Below are positions 38,062-48,697 of a DNA stretch of 64,000 nucleotides, piece by piece (position 1 is the first letter of the stretch; every line of letters begins with the position of its first letter). The notes beneath the pieces are model-generated. The model worked only from the letters and a program-made list of their open reading frames with translations. It did no database searches and was not told the origin of the DNA. The stretch is from a virus (lineage: Duplodnaviria; Caudoviricetes): IMG/VR virus record IMGVR_UViG_3300028735_000004, positions 1-64,000 of that record; one strand, given 5' to 3'. Position numbers and translations under genes: made by a program.

Positions 38062-38721
38062 TTATATTTTTTCTATAAATTTAGATAATTTTATTTGTTC
38101 AATATTGTTATTTGTTTTTATCATATATTTATTAATTGATGAATATAATGATGTTTGCTTATCTAATGCATTTATAAAATCTTCGTGATCTGGAACTAAT
38201 GTCATAAATGTAGATGATAAATTAAAATGATACTTTGATAAGAAAGAAGAAACAATAATATTTAAATTAGATTTTTCGAGTATATAATCTATACAATTAT
38301 TTTTAGCAGAATGAGCTTCCCAAATATGATAATAAAATTGTTTAAGTCTTATTGTATCTTTATCTTTTTTATCCATTGCGTAATATAAACATAATGGGCT
38401 CAATTGATATAAATTTATATTTAATTCTATAGCGATCAATGATACATATGGTTCTAAATCAGAAATAATTAAATCTGGATTATAAGAAGATATTTCATTT
38501 CTTAACAATTTATAATTTGAATTTTTAATAGAAAAATCAGAATGTGGCTTACTGAAATTCAATAGGGCCTCTAAATTCCAATAACAATTATCACAATAAT
38601 TAGAATACCCAGCTATTTTAATTTCTATGTCTTGTCTATTCGATAATTGTAATGAATGCAAGAAATTTATTAAATTATACTTAGATGTAGGTCTATTATC
38701 AGCAGCATAAACAATCTTCAT
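38062..38721 (-). CDS. Glycosyltransferase-like (GT-B N-terminal half)
   Basis: MKIVYA start and NPDLIISDLEP motif. Confidence 0.5.
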   Translation of the reverse strand: MKIVYAADNRPTSKYNLINFLHSLQLSNRQDIEIKIAGYSNYCDNCYWNLEALLNFSKPHSDFSIKNSNYKLLRNEISSYNPDLIISDLEPYVSLIAIELNINLYQLSPLCLYYAMDKKDKDTIRLKQFYYHIWEAHSAKNNCIDYILEKSNLNIIVSSFLSKYHFNLSSTFMTLVPDHEDFINALDKQTSLYSSINKYMIKTNNNIEQIKLSKFIEKI

Positions 38722-39056
38722 TTAACTATTTGTTTTAATTTATTTTTGATACCGTGAAGAGATTTAATTCCACTTTTAGCTTCTTTTAGCAAAAAGGAAA
38801 AACCTTCATATGTTCTTAAATAATCTCTTTCTTTTTTTGATAATTTATTTCCATCTAATACAAAAACTACTTTATCGTTTTCAAACACTTTCCAACTTTC
38901 ACCTTTTGCGTTAGAAAATGTTCTTTTAACTCTAACCATTTTTGATGCAGTATTTTTTTCTTCATCAAATAATTCATAAGCAAATCTACTTAAAATAATT
39001 TTGCCATTAACTTCTTTACCATCATAATCATAAGTATCATAATCTTTAGCGGACAT
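38718..39056 (-). CDS. Hypothetical protein
   Basis: 112-aa ORF within an operon. Confidence 0.7.
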   Translation of the reverse strand: MSAKDYDTYDYDGKEVNGKIILSRFAYELFDEEKNTASKMVRVKRTFSNAKGESWKVFENDKVVFVLDGNKLSKKERDYLRTYEGFSFLLKEAKSGIKSLHGIKNKLKQIVK

Positions 39057-39058
39057 AT

Positions 39059-40267
39059 TTACCTCAATAAAGTATCAACTCCCATCACACCAGTAATCAT
39101 AGCGGATAGTATTCCATTAAATCCAGCGGCTTCTCCTGCGCAAACCATATTTTCTAAATCTGTTGATAAATCTTGACCTATATTAATTTTTGGAACATAT
39201 GGTAAAATCGTAGGGGCGTAGAAATAACCTTTTGTTTTTAAGTCTGGAACTATATTAGCAAACTTTTCTACTTCGGCAGGTATCCAATCATATTCTGGTA
39301 AAATAGAAAATTTACTTTTATACGATAGCAAGGTAGAAATCCGTTCTTTTGATATTCTATCGTTTGCTAAAATAAAAGATAACTTTCCAATTCGATCAGT
39401 TTGTTCATAACCAGAAGATGGAAAATATCGATGTCCTATAAAATTAAAAGAAACTTTATCGGATTTCCATCTTGCTTCATTAGATCTAAAAGAAGAGATA
39501 GTTAAATCAATATGATCTTCTGGTATTACCGTTCCGTTCCAACAAAATGGACCAATTTCTAAATTATCTCCAGTTATTTTACAATTAGATTTATTAAATT
39601 CTTTCATATGAGAAGTTGGCATTTCAATTTTTATACCAAACTTAGCATAATCATTATTTTCTATTAAACCAAAATCAGAATAAAATTTAGAAACCCATCG
39701 CCATCCGCTTCTACCAACACACATTAAAATTTTCTTACAATAAAATTCGCCTTTTTGCGTATTGATAATAAAATGTTTTTTTTGTTTATTAATTGAATGC
39801 ACTTCGTTATCAAAACTTAAATGTAAATTATCACGATCTTCAATTGTAGATGCTATATCTTTAATTATTAAATGAATATCTCTTGGATATAATTGAATAA
39901 AATCATTTAATATTATTTCGAAATTATTTTTTTTAAGTTTTTTTTCTAAAGATGAATAAAGCTCTTTGTCTTTAACTACTTTTAACTTTAAGAATTTATT
40001 TAAATAATTATTTATATATTTGTAAGTTGATTTTACTTTTTTATTATTTAAAATATTTGATAATTCATTAATATTATCTAAATATAACTTACCATCACTT
40101 GTTGGAAAACATCCGAGAAATCCTTCTAATGCTCTTCTTCTTTTTAATGGCGCCTTACCTAAATCAAATAATACCGTTTTAACATCTTTATATTCTGTAG
40201 CAACTTTATATGCAGCAAAACTTCCAGCAACACCACTACCTATAATAGCCAAGTCATAAATTTCCAT
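39059..40267 (-). CDS. FAD-dependent oxidoreductase
   Basis: LAIIGSGVAGSFAA Rossmann motif, LMCVGRSG and AGEAAG. Confidence 0.8.
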   Translation of the reverse strand: MEIYDLAIIGSGVAGSFAAYKVATEYKDVKTVLFDLGKAPLKRRRALEGFLGCFPTSDGKLYLDNINELSNILNNKKVKSTYKYINNYLNKFLKLKVVKDKELYSSLEKKLKKNNFEIILNDFIQLYPRDIHLIIKDIASTIEDRDNLHLSFDNEVHSINKQKKHFIINTQKGEFYCKKILMCVGRSGWRWVSKFYSDFGLIENNDYAKFGIKIEMPTSHMKEFNKSNCKITGDNLEIGPFCWNGTVIPEDHIDLTISSFRSNEARWKSDKVSFNFIGHRYFPSSGYEQTDRIGKLSFILANDRISKERISTLLSYKSKFSILPEYDWIPAEVEKFANIVPDLKTKGYFYAPTILPYVPKINIGQDLSTDLENMVCAGEAAGFNGILSAMITGVMGVDTLLR

Positions 40268-40335
40268 ATGTTTCCTTATAAAGAATTTATAACTACTATA
40301 TCATTAAAAAATAAAATAAAATAAAAAAATATTAA

Positions 40336-41019
40336 TTAGATAACTATTTTAAGCAAACGATCTATCTTGTCTTGTAAATCTTTTTGATAAGATGGCTTTT
40401 CCCCATTGCATATTTTATCACTTAATTCATAAAAATATTTTTGCACATCATTAAATGGCCACATAAAATAATAATAAGATGTTTTAAATTGTTTTACATA
40501 AGATGGTATGTAATATGTTTTTAGAAATTCAGGTAATACTTGTGTTCCAAATTGTTTTTGATCAAAATAAGCATTACAATACAATGAATACGAATACGCT
40601 TTCTTCTCAAAATACATTCTAAAAAACGCAGGAATAGGCGCTGCTAACAATAGTAGTAATAAGAACCATAAACTAACAAAAGATAATGGAAGTGCTAATA
40701 ATGCTAAAATTTGTGGAGAAAGATATAATAAAGAAAATAATACTTTAGAATATTTATTTGCGTCATATATATGAACTAACTCGTTAAGAAGTACAACTAT
40801 ATTACCTTTGACATTTTTGTTTATAAATTCTTGTGATGGAAAATAAACGTTGCTTCCTATAGTTGTAATGTAATTAGTCATAAAAGATCTGTTAAAAAAT
40901 AATAGAAATGATAAAAATTTCATAAAAACAGATTGATCTTTAAATTTTATTTTTAAATCTGGAAATTCTTTTTTACACTCTTCGACAAAATTGGTCCAAT
41001 CAGTTGTTGTCAAATTCAT
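40336..41019 (-). CDS. Membrane-associated metallopeptidase-like protein with a degenerate NExxH motif
   Basis: LLNELVH followed by a hydrophobic segment. Confidence 0.55.
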   Translation of the reverse strand: MNLTTTDWTNFVEECKKEFPDLKIKFKDQSVFMKFLSFLLFFNRSFMTNYITTIGSNVYFPSQEFINKNVKGNIVVLLNELVHIYDANKYSKVLFSLLYLSPQILALLALPLSFVSLWFLLLLLLAAPIPAFFRMYFEKKAYSYSLYCNAYFDQKQFGTQVLPEFLKTYYIPSYVKQFKTSYYYFMWPFNDVQKYFYELSDKICNGEKPSYQKDLQDKIDRLLKIVI

Positions 41020-41028
41020 TTTATACCT

Positions 41029-41403
41029 TTACTTAAAGATCTCTGCGTGCACCTGCATTGTAAGATCTGCACCAGCGTCATTATCAAATCTTGCAACAAT
41101 GGTACCGCTACTATTAACAATAGCAAAAGTTCCAGTTACAGAACCTATAGTTTGTCTTGCGGTTATATTTACCGATGTAACAGAAGGCGAAGAACCACCT
41201 TTAATAATAGCGGCAATTCTTTGAGCAGACATATCACCGTTAGTACTATTATTTTGTATTAAAAAATCTACCACTACCCAATACATCTTGTCTGGAACTA
41301 CAGTTGCATCAAATAAATTTACATTTAAAGTTGTTGTTCCAGATTCAACGCCAACAATTCTATGATAAGTTCCAGCGGTTTTGTTATCGAATAATGCTAC
41401 CAT
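41029..41403 (-). CDS. Putative small virion protein
   Basis: Beta-rich G/S/T composition; last gene of the structural cluster. Confidence 0.6.
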   Translation of the reverse strand: MVALFDNKTAGTYHRIVGVESGTTTLNVNLFDATVVPDKMYWVVVDFLIQNNSTNGDMSAQRIAAIIKGGSSPSVTSVNITARQTIGSVTGTFAIVNSSGTIVARFDNDAGADLTMQVHAEIFK

Positions 41404-41410
41404 ATTAACC

Positions 41411-43297
41411 TCAGGCTGCTGCTATTGTAGTTACAGTTCCACTTGTTCCTCTATATTTTAAAGCCCCGTCCTCAACATATAAAATTCCTCCGCCAACAGA
41501 ATTCGCAGATGGAACAGTAGTAGCATTAGCAATAAATATTACACCATCTCCAGTTGAAGATGGCATTTGTGTTGAAGTTAAGTTAGATAACAGGCATAAA
41601 GATAATACTCTTTGCCCAGAGACAACTTCCGTAGCTTCAACCATTGTTTCAGTAGTATTATGAAGTTGTATTCTAACACCACCTTTTAATCCAGTTCCAG
41701 TCTTGGCACCACCTCTTAACTGAAGAATTCCGCCGTTATTATTTGAGCCACCAGCAGATTGGGCTTGAACTGTTAAATTAGTTGTTGTTGATGAAGCATC
41801 ATTTTGTTTGATTGTTGGAGATGAAACTGAAGTATTAAACGAAACAGTCGAAACCCCAAAACCAATTTCATTATTAATAACATAAAATGCAGTTTGAGCA
41901 CCAGTTCCAATATAAACGGCACCAGTTGTTGCTCTACCATATAATCTAACATTACTTACTGCATTGCTATATGATGAGTCAGTTCCAATAAATAACTCAT
42001 CGCTCGTATTAGTTTCAAGTATTGGTAAGTCAGCAGAGTTGCTATTATTTCTAGCTCTAATAATTTTAGTATTGTTTGGGGTTCTTATATAACCATCTGT
42101 TGCTGAATTTGGAATAAATTCTAAAGGCGCGCCGAGGGTTGTTTTTCCGTTAGTTACCTTGATATTTTGAGTTGAATTATAAATTAAAGTAGTATCGCCG
42201 GAAACAACGCTGTGAGTAATGCCATAAGTAGAACTGCCTATATATAAAGTACCGGTTGTTGTTACTGTTCCGGATGTAACAAAGGATAATGTATTTGATG
42301 AGGCAGTAAATGTGGCTTTATCTGCACCACCGCCTGCCGCACGCCAATGTTGAACTGCACTGTCTAAATAGACGCCGGTATTATTATTTATGATAACCCA
42401 GGATGGATTTATGCTTAAAAATGAAGATGATGTTGAATAACTGCCGGAAGAAATTTGAACTTCTCCATCCGAACCTCCGCCTACCCCATCTCCAGATTCT
42501 AATACTAAATTACCACCATTAAATGTACTAGCGCCGTCTTGACCGTGTATCTTAAGTATATTTCCAGATCCAGTTAGATGTTGTGGTATATAAATCCAAG
42601 AATTAGATGAATTATTAGCAAATGCAAAATATTGATTAGATGGCTCGCTAAATATCCTTGCAAGTTCAACTGGAGCATCAGGATTTTTAGCAAATAAGAC
42701 ATAACCATCATTTCCGGACCCTGATTTTATTCCAGAAATTAATTTTACAGTACCACCATTAGTATTTCCTGACACTGCATTTGCGGATTCTAAACTGATG
42801 TGTTGACCACCGGCAAATAATGGATAATTAAGTATTCTTGCATCAGATCCTGTAAAAAATTGTGCCGCAGGGAGTCCCCAATACCAAGCACCTCCAGAAC
42901 TAATTCCTGCCCAATATACACCGCTAATACCATACATTATATTAGCACCAGAAGCCTTGGTGTATAAATTTGCAACTGTAGAATCGTCACCTATTGTTAA
43001 ATGATTAGATGTATCCCATTTAAGTAAGGCTGCATCAGAAGCATCTGTTCTTCTGGCCCCAATTAATGTAACATTGGCGCTCTCAAAATTTAATTTACCA
43101 TTAGAAGATGTTGTTCCAGAACCAAATTTTAAATAAGAAGAAGGTATACTGACAACTCCTGATAATCCAGTTAAATTACCAATTGTTGGAGCCGCCGCAG
43201 TAGTACCAGTACCATTAAGATCTCCAGCCAATCTAACTATACCATTAGATATTGTTGTTGCGTCTGCTACTGTTACTGGTGGTAATTTATAAGTCAT
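41411..43297 (-). CDS. Putative tail fibre/virion structural protein
   Basis: Gly/Ser/Thr-rich; LAGDLNG repeat; shares QSAGGSNNNGG with 46298..48202. Confidence 0.7.
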   Translation of the reverse strand: MTYKLPPVTVADATTISNGIVRLAGDLNGTGTTAAAPTIGNLTGLSGVVSIPSSYLKFGSGTTSSNGKLNFESANVTLIGARRTDASDAALLKWDTSNHLTIGDDSTVANLYTKASGANIMYGISGVYWAGISSGGAWYWGLPAAQFFTGSDARILNYPLFAGGQHISLESANAVSGNTNGGTVKLISGIKSGSGNDGYVLFAKNPDAPVELARIFSEPSNQYFAFANNSSNSWIYIPQHLTGSGNILKIHGQDGASTFNGGNLVLESGDGVGGGSDGEVQISSGSYSTSSSFLSINPSWVIINNNTGVYLDSAVQHWRAAGGGADKATFTASSNTLSFVTSGTVTTTGTLYIGSSTYGITHSVVSGDTTLIYNSTQNIKVTNGKTTLGAPLEFIPNSATDGYIRTPNNTKIIRARNNSNSADLPILETNTSDELFIGTDSSYSNAVSNVRLYGRATTGAVYIGTGAQTAFYVINNEIGFGVSTVSFNTSVSSPTIKQNDASSTTTNLTVQAQSAGGSNNNGGILQLRGGAKTGTGLKGGVRIQLHNTTETMVEATEVVSGQRVLSLCLLSNLTSTQMPSSTGDGVIFIANATTVPSANSVGGGILYVEDGALKYRGTSGTVTTIAAA

Positions 43298-43319
43298 AAC
43301 CTATTATAATACCTTTTTA

Positions 43320-43691
43320 TTATCTAATATATCTATGTGTGATAATAATATTTGCTAAAGGTGAAACTCCACATTTTGTACCAGAATAATATAAGCCAGT
43401 TAAATCAGGAGATCCGCTAACTGTCCAAGTACGATAAGTTAATGAACTACAATCGACATCAGTTCCTCTCATAACATAATAAATAATTGGGCCAACATTA
43501 ATATTATCTAAAGGTGATTGAGAATAAGAGGAGTAAAGATCAAAAACAATTGGAGAATATATATCTTGTATTACACTAACTGCATTATCATAAGTTCCTC
43601 TAACAATAGTATAATAACCATCGTATCCTATTGCTGGAGAAACAAAATTAGAAACGCTTAAAAATTCAGATGTAGAACCAAGATCTACCAT
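43320..43691 (-). CDS. Putative small virion protein
   Basis: Lies in the structural cluster; contains the GYDGY motif also seen nearby. Confidence 0.55.
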   Translation of the reverse strand: MVDLGSTSEFLSVSNFVSPAIGYDGYYTIVRGTYDNAVSVIQDIYSPIVFDLYSSYSQSPLDNINVGPIIYYVMRGTDVDCSSLTYRTWTVSGSPDLTGLYYSGTKCGVSPLANIIITHRYIR

Positions 43692-43700
43692 TTATTACCT

Positions 43701-45086
43701 TTATGGAACTGGTACGGAAGATCCGTCCCAAGGAGATAACGCAACAGAAGCGGTATTTGCAGAAGTTATAGCAATAAATACAACACTTTGTTTGTTATCA
43801 AAAGTGTCTAATCTGTTGCCAGCGGGTAATATTAACAAATCTCTAATTCTTCCTTTAATAAAATAATCTGCGGCAACACGATAAGCCAAAATGCATTTTT
43901 CTGCAACATATGGTTTAATAGTTGCTGGATAATTAGATAATCTTAAAGGATTAGATAGACCTCCAAGAGAAATCGTAGGACTTCCAGAACTTCCTATACA
44001 ATACATAGTTAATGCAACCCCAGTATCATAAGAAGCTGTATAACCATCTCTGCTACGATTTCCGCACCAAATTAAGCTTGATGCCGAAGTTATATCCGCC
44101 CAAACCAGTGGCCCTGAACCAGAATTAGGATTTAAAGCCGTTATCGTTGATGTTGGGGTGTAATTTGCTTGAGTAACTGCCGGAGATGATAAAATCAATA
44201 TAGCATAAGGATCGACGTCACCCGGTTCAGTATCATCTAATCTAAAAAATCCAAAATTAATACTTTGACCATTTGTTAAAGTATGGGCAAACCACCAGGA
44301 ACCATTGGCCGATGTTCCGGCAGAAGGAACGGCATTGGCGGCACTAAATTGAGAGTTGGTGCCAGCAGGAAGATTGGTTATAAATGTTTGATGATTTACG
44401 CTTCCAGCTGCACCTCTGACAACCATTCCTTTTGATGGAAAACCGTTTCCTGTTCCACCTGCTCCCGGAGGCACCGTAGCTGTACATCCGGCCTGAGTTG
44501 CTAAATAAGAAAATAATTGGGTACTTTCGCCAGATGCATCGGCACATATATAATAAACGGTCCCGGTGGTACTATTCGCAGAATTTTTAGAAAACATAAA
44601 TTCTCGTTTAAATTCTTTATTTGAACTTACTGTAATTGTCGCTCCACTAATAGCACCGGTTAAAGTTCCAGTACCATTAAATGTACCCGTTCTTGGCATC
44701 ACAACTGCCCAACCTTGATTTATTTCAGAATTCCATACATATCCCAATAACTCTCCGGTTGCGCTTGTTCCGGTTTGAGTTACACCCTCTCCTCTTAACG
44801 GAGTTCCAGTTGGTGCTGCATTCATTACAAATTTAAATGTAGACGGGCCTTGCATAACAATCCAGGCGGCAGCGGAAGTAAGACCTGATGGATAAGTATC
44901 ATTTAATGGGTTAGCATTCGTTCCCCAGCTATCATTATTATTAGTTCCAGCAGAAGTTTTTGTTGTTCCGTCGCTATGAGCCACAGTATTCCAACCGGCA
45001 GCTTTCATAACTCTTGTCATCTTCCAAACCATATTGAAATAATTAGTTCCACCCCAATTATAATTTGCTGCTATTGCATTAGCCAT
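43701..45086 (-). CDS. Putative virion structural protein
   Basis: G/A/S/T-rich 461-aa ORF; AGGTG SD. Confidence 0.65.
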   Translation of the reverse strand: MANAIAANYNWGGTNYFNMVWKMTRVMKAAGWNTVAHSDGTTKTSAGTNNNDSWGTNANPLNDTYPSGLTSAAAWIVMQGPSTFKFVMNAAPTGTPLRGEGVTQTGTSATGELLGYVWNSEINQGWAVVMPRTGTFNGTGTLTGAISGATITVSSNKEFKREFMFSKNSANSTTGTVYYICADASGESTQLFSYLATQAGCTATVPPGAGGTGNGFPSKGMVVRGAAGSVNHQTFITNLPAGTNSQFSAANAVPSAGTSANGSWWFAHTLTNGQSINFGFFRLDDTEPGDVDPYAILILSSPAVTQANYTPTSTITALNPNSGSGPLVWADITSASSLIWCGNRSRDGYTASYDTGVALTMYCIGSSGSPTISLGGLSNPLRLSNYPATIKPYVAEKCILAYRVAADYFIKGRIRDLLILPAGNRLDTFDNKQSVVFIAITSANTASVALSPWDGSSVPVP

Positions 45087-45095
45087 TATTCACCT

Positions 45096-46298
45096 TTATA
45101 CAATCATCCATTTTGTTCCATTATATACTAAATTAACCGCAGAATAATTAGTTGAAATAGTATAAGTAGATATGGTATCAATTAACTTGCCATTACCATT
45201 TATGATAATATTATACGCACTTGCACTGCCGTTAGCATCTTTAATTATATAAGATTTGCCAGTGGCGGGAGATGCCGGTAATGTAATAGTAATGCTTGAT
45301 GCTAAAGTACCAACAGATATTATGTAATCTGTTGTAAGAGCGATATAATTCGATGTAACAACTGTGAAGTTCAAAAGATTAACTGGAGTAATAGTTGCAT
45401 CAGCTGCATAAACTTTAATTCTTGACATAGAGCATAATACGCCATCATTGGCGGCTGGAGATACATTCTGTATTCTTATCTGTGTTTCATATTTAGCATT
45501 ATACGCAGGTAAAGAAACTAATACGGTTTTATAATCAGAATATGAAGATGTTGTTGTTAAAGTAGATCCAGACACAACATAACCGTCTGTAATATTATAT
45601 AATCTAATCTCTGCTGTTTGACCAGCAGTTGCCTCAAAAATTACCTCAAATTTAAATGTAGTTCCTATTGGATAATCGGCCGCATTCACTACTACAGAGC
45701 CAATACGCATAAAAGTGTTGGAACCAGTACCGATATTAGAAAAAGTGCCAGAAGAAATATAAAGATACTGATAACCATCTCCTACTGAAAATTGGCTTGT
45801 AAAATCTGATGGCGTCCAGCTTGAACCATCATATTGCAAAAATTGATTTAATGTAGGTGGTGTAGATGATACTGGAGTATTTTGAATTCTAATGACTGTT
45901 TGAGAAGTTAATGTTCCCGATAAATCTCCAGAAAAACTTAGACTTGATGGAGCCCAATTAGTTCCATTATAACTTAATACTTGGCCTATAACTGGAGGTG
46001 TTGCTGAAATTGGATGATTTTGAATGCCAATTACTGTTTGAGAAAATCCACTACTATACAAATCTCCAGCAAAAATAACTCCAGTCGTTTGTAAATTATA
46101 TATTAATTTATCAATAAAATCTAATCTTTCTCTAACTGTACCGTATGTTCCACTTGGTTTAACACCCAATTCTGCTTCAACCGAAATTATGGCATCCCTT
46201 AATTGATTAATAACATCTGCTGTCAAAGAAGTGATATTATTAACAACTTTTGGTAAAGTGGCACTATTATCTATACCTAATGGATAAACGGTTGCCAT
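45096..46298 (-). CDS. Putative tail fibre, paralogue of 46298..48202
   Basis: Start MATVYP; FAGDL and FSGDLSG repeats; shared C-terminal ITLPASP.TG..YIIKD..G...GNGK.ID domain. Confidence 0.7.
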   Translation of the reverse strand: MATVYPLGIDNSATLPKVVNNITSLTADVINQLRDAIISVEAELGVKPSGTYGTVRERLDFIDKLIYNLQTTGVIFAGDLYSSGFSQTVIGIQNHPISATPPVIGQVLSYNGTNWAPSSLSFSGDLSGTLTSQTVIRIQNTPVSSTPPTLNQFLQYDGSSWTPSDFTSQFSVGDGYQYLYISSGTFSNIGTGSNTFMRIGSVVVNAADYPIGTTFKFEVIFEATAGQTAEIRLYNITDGYVVSGSTLTTTSSYSDYKTVLVSLPAYNAKYETQIRIQNVSPAANDGVLCSMSRIKVYAADATITPVNLLNFTVVTSNYIALTTDYIISVGTLASSITITLPASPATGKSYIIKDANGSASAYNIIINGNGKLIDTISTYTISTNYSAVNLVYNGTKWMIV

Positions 46299-48202
46299 TA
46301 TACCACGCTCCATTGGCTTCCGGTATAAACTAATGATACAGAAGCATAATTAACATTTATTATGAAAGTGGCAGACCCATCTATATTTTTGCCGTTTCCA
46401 TCAACAGTAATATTATTTGTTTGAGATCCTCCGGCAGTATCTTTTACATAAATTACTCTTCCTGTTTGTGGTGATGATGGTAAATATATTGTTATAGGTG
46501 CGCCTAAAGTTCCAACTGAAATTAAGTATTCGGTATTTGAAATATTATAATTAGAAGTTGTTGAAACTATATTAACAACTCCGGTTAATGGAGACCAATA
46601 GCCATCTTGATAGATATATAATCCAGATGCAGCATAACCATCTTTTCTAAGATATATAGAACCTTGTTGTGGCGTACCAAAAGGAACTCCGGTACCACTG
46701 CTAATTGTAGGTTGAGGATTAGCAAGACCTCCAACACCAAAATATACAGCGTTTAAATAACCATCTTGTAATCTTGCGCCTTCGACAGATGCGTTAAATA
46801 AAGATACATATCCGTCAGCTCCAGAACCAGTTTTAGCTCCTGATTTTAGATTTAAAGAGCCGCCATTATTATTTGATCCACCTGCACTTTGGGCAAAAAT
46901 ACTAAAATTTGTACCAGATGATGATGAATGAACTTTTTGACCTATACTTGGAGTAGTAACAGCATCGTGAATTTCAATTTGCGGAGTAGAGCCACTTGTT
47001 AAAGGCCAAAACCTTAATACTTCTTGAGCAGACCAATTTAAAAAGTTTAAATAAGCAGAGGTATATATACTTGCACCCTGATATGAATTTAAAGATATAT
47101 TATATCCATCTACTTGAGTAGCCCAACCATAAGATGGGTTATAATCTCCAAATAAAAGAGATCTGGAAGATTGAGAGATAATATTTACTTCACTTGCTAA
47201 AGAAGCGGTAGAAAATCCTTTCCACAAACTTTTAGCAGATCCATAATATTTTGTTTTAATATATCCGTCAGTTGGATATGAAGAAGGATTTCCGTTAAAA
47301 TCTAATAGAATTGCTTTATACGCACCAATGTATTGATTAGTGTTATCAATCTTTAATGTTTTAAGAGAATTATTTGTATCAGCAAAATTTACTGTCCTGG
47401 TTTGAATATATCCGTCATTGGGTGCGGATAAAAATACCTCATACCCAATTATACATGTAGCCCATCCGGTAGATAAATTATCATCACCTATATATAATCC
47501 ACCAACATCATCTTGAGAAATAATATTTGCATTTCCAAAAGCATTAACTCCTCCCCACATAACTTGACGAGAAAAGATATTATCATTTCTCGGGCTTTGA
47601 ATGGCCGGAGTTGTGCCGTCATAGACAACGGTATCACCAGGCAATTGTAATGGATATATTGAAGCCGTTGTTGCCGGAGCCCACTGATAACCATCATATT
47701 TTAAAATTTGATTTAATGTGGGGGACGTTGATGATACGGCAACTCCTTGAAGTTTAACTACGCTTGGATTGGGGTAAGTGCCACCAAGATCTCCACCTGC
47801 AGAGCCTGATGGAGTTGTAGATAAAGTAGTAGGAACCCACTGAGATCCATTATATTGTAAAACCTGACCGTTTGTAGGAGTGGTGGGTGATATTAATTTT
47901 CCCCTCAATCCTATAACAGATTGGAAAGTATCTATGCCAGTTAAATCTCCAGCAAAAGTAATATTAGAGCCGCCGCCGCCTCCACCACCACCTGAAATTG
48001 ATGCTATTAATAATTCCATAGCATCTAATCTATGTCTTACGGTGGTATAAAGACCGGAGGGTTTAACTCCTAATTCACCTTCAATTGCAACAATAGCATC
48101 TCTTAATCTATTAATAATCTCTGCATTAATATTTGTGATACTATCGAATACTATTGGTAATGTAATAGTATCATCTATACTTTGAGGATATACGGTTGCC
48201 AT
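46298..48202 (-). CDS. Putative tail fibre
   Basis: MATVYP N-domain, poly-Gly linker, GGDLGGTYPNP repeat and shared C-terminal domain. Confidence 0.7.
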   Translation of the reverse strand: MATVYPQSIDDTITLPIVFDSITNINAEIINRLRDAIVAIEGELGVKPSGLYTTVRHRLDAMELLIASISGGGGGGGGSNITFAGDLTGIDTFQSVIGLRGKLISPTTPTNGQVLQYNGSQWVPTTLSTTPSGSAGGDLGGTYPNPSVVKLQGVAVSSTSPTLNQILKYDGYQWAPATTASIYPLQLPGDTVVYDGTTPAIQSPRNDNIFSRQVMWGGVNAFGNANIISQDDVGGLYIGDDNLSTGWATCIIGYEVFLSAPNDGYIQTRTVNFADTNNSLKTLKIDNTNQYIGAYKAILLDFNGNPSSYPTDGYIKTKYYGSAKSLWKGFSTASLASEVNIISQSSRSLLFGDYNPSYGWATQVDGYNISLNSYQGASIYTSAYLNFLNWSAQEVLRFWPLTSGSTPQIEIHDAVTTPSIGQKVHSSSSGTNFSIFAQSAGGSNNNGGSLNLKSGAKTGSGADGYVSLFNASVEGARLQDGYLNAVYFGVGGLANPQPTISSGTGVPFGTPQQGSIYLRKDGYAASGLYIYQDGYWSPLTGVVNIVSTTSNYNISNTEYLISVGTLGAPITIYLPSSPQTGRVIYVKDTAGGSQTNNITVDGNGKNIDGSATFIINVNYASVSLVYTGSQWSVV

Positions 48203-48259
48203 TTAAACCAAAATTTTAGCAGTACTACATAAATGCCAGAATTTTAGTATGAATAGTAA

Positions 48260-48697
48260 TTAAGATAAAATCATTAATTTTTCAAATTTTTCAATAATAT
48301 CTCGTACTATATCAAATTCTATATTATGTATATAATATCTTCTTCCCATAATCATACGGTTTTGAGAAATATAATATACATCAAAAGAACGAATATTAGG
48401 TTTAGTTAAAAATTGCGACATATCACCGTAAACAGTAGAGTTGGATTGTTTATTAAGAATTCTTATCGGAACAGAAACAGAAATCTTCTCATCAAAATCT
48501 AAATTCTTTTTGCATAACCTTTGAAAATTATTGCTTATTTGATAACAATATCCTAATGTTATTTCATTAACATAAAAATGATCTTTAAGGCGTGTTTCCA
48601 ATAAATCAAATAATATATTTATGTTGCTATTATATAATTTAATAGATTTAATACTGTTAATATATTTTTGTAAATTAATATCTTTATGTATTTGCAT
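48260..48697 (-). CDS. Hypothetical protein, C-tail family
   Basis: Ends KFEKLMILS. Confidence 0.65.
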   Translation of the reverse strand: MQIHKDINLQKYINSIKSIKLYNSNINILFDLLETRLKDHFYVNEITLGYCYQISNNFQRLCKKNLDFDEKISVSVPIRILNKQSNSTVYGDMSQFLTKPNIRSFDVYYISQNRMIMGRRYYIHNIEFDIVRDIIEKFEKLMILS

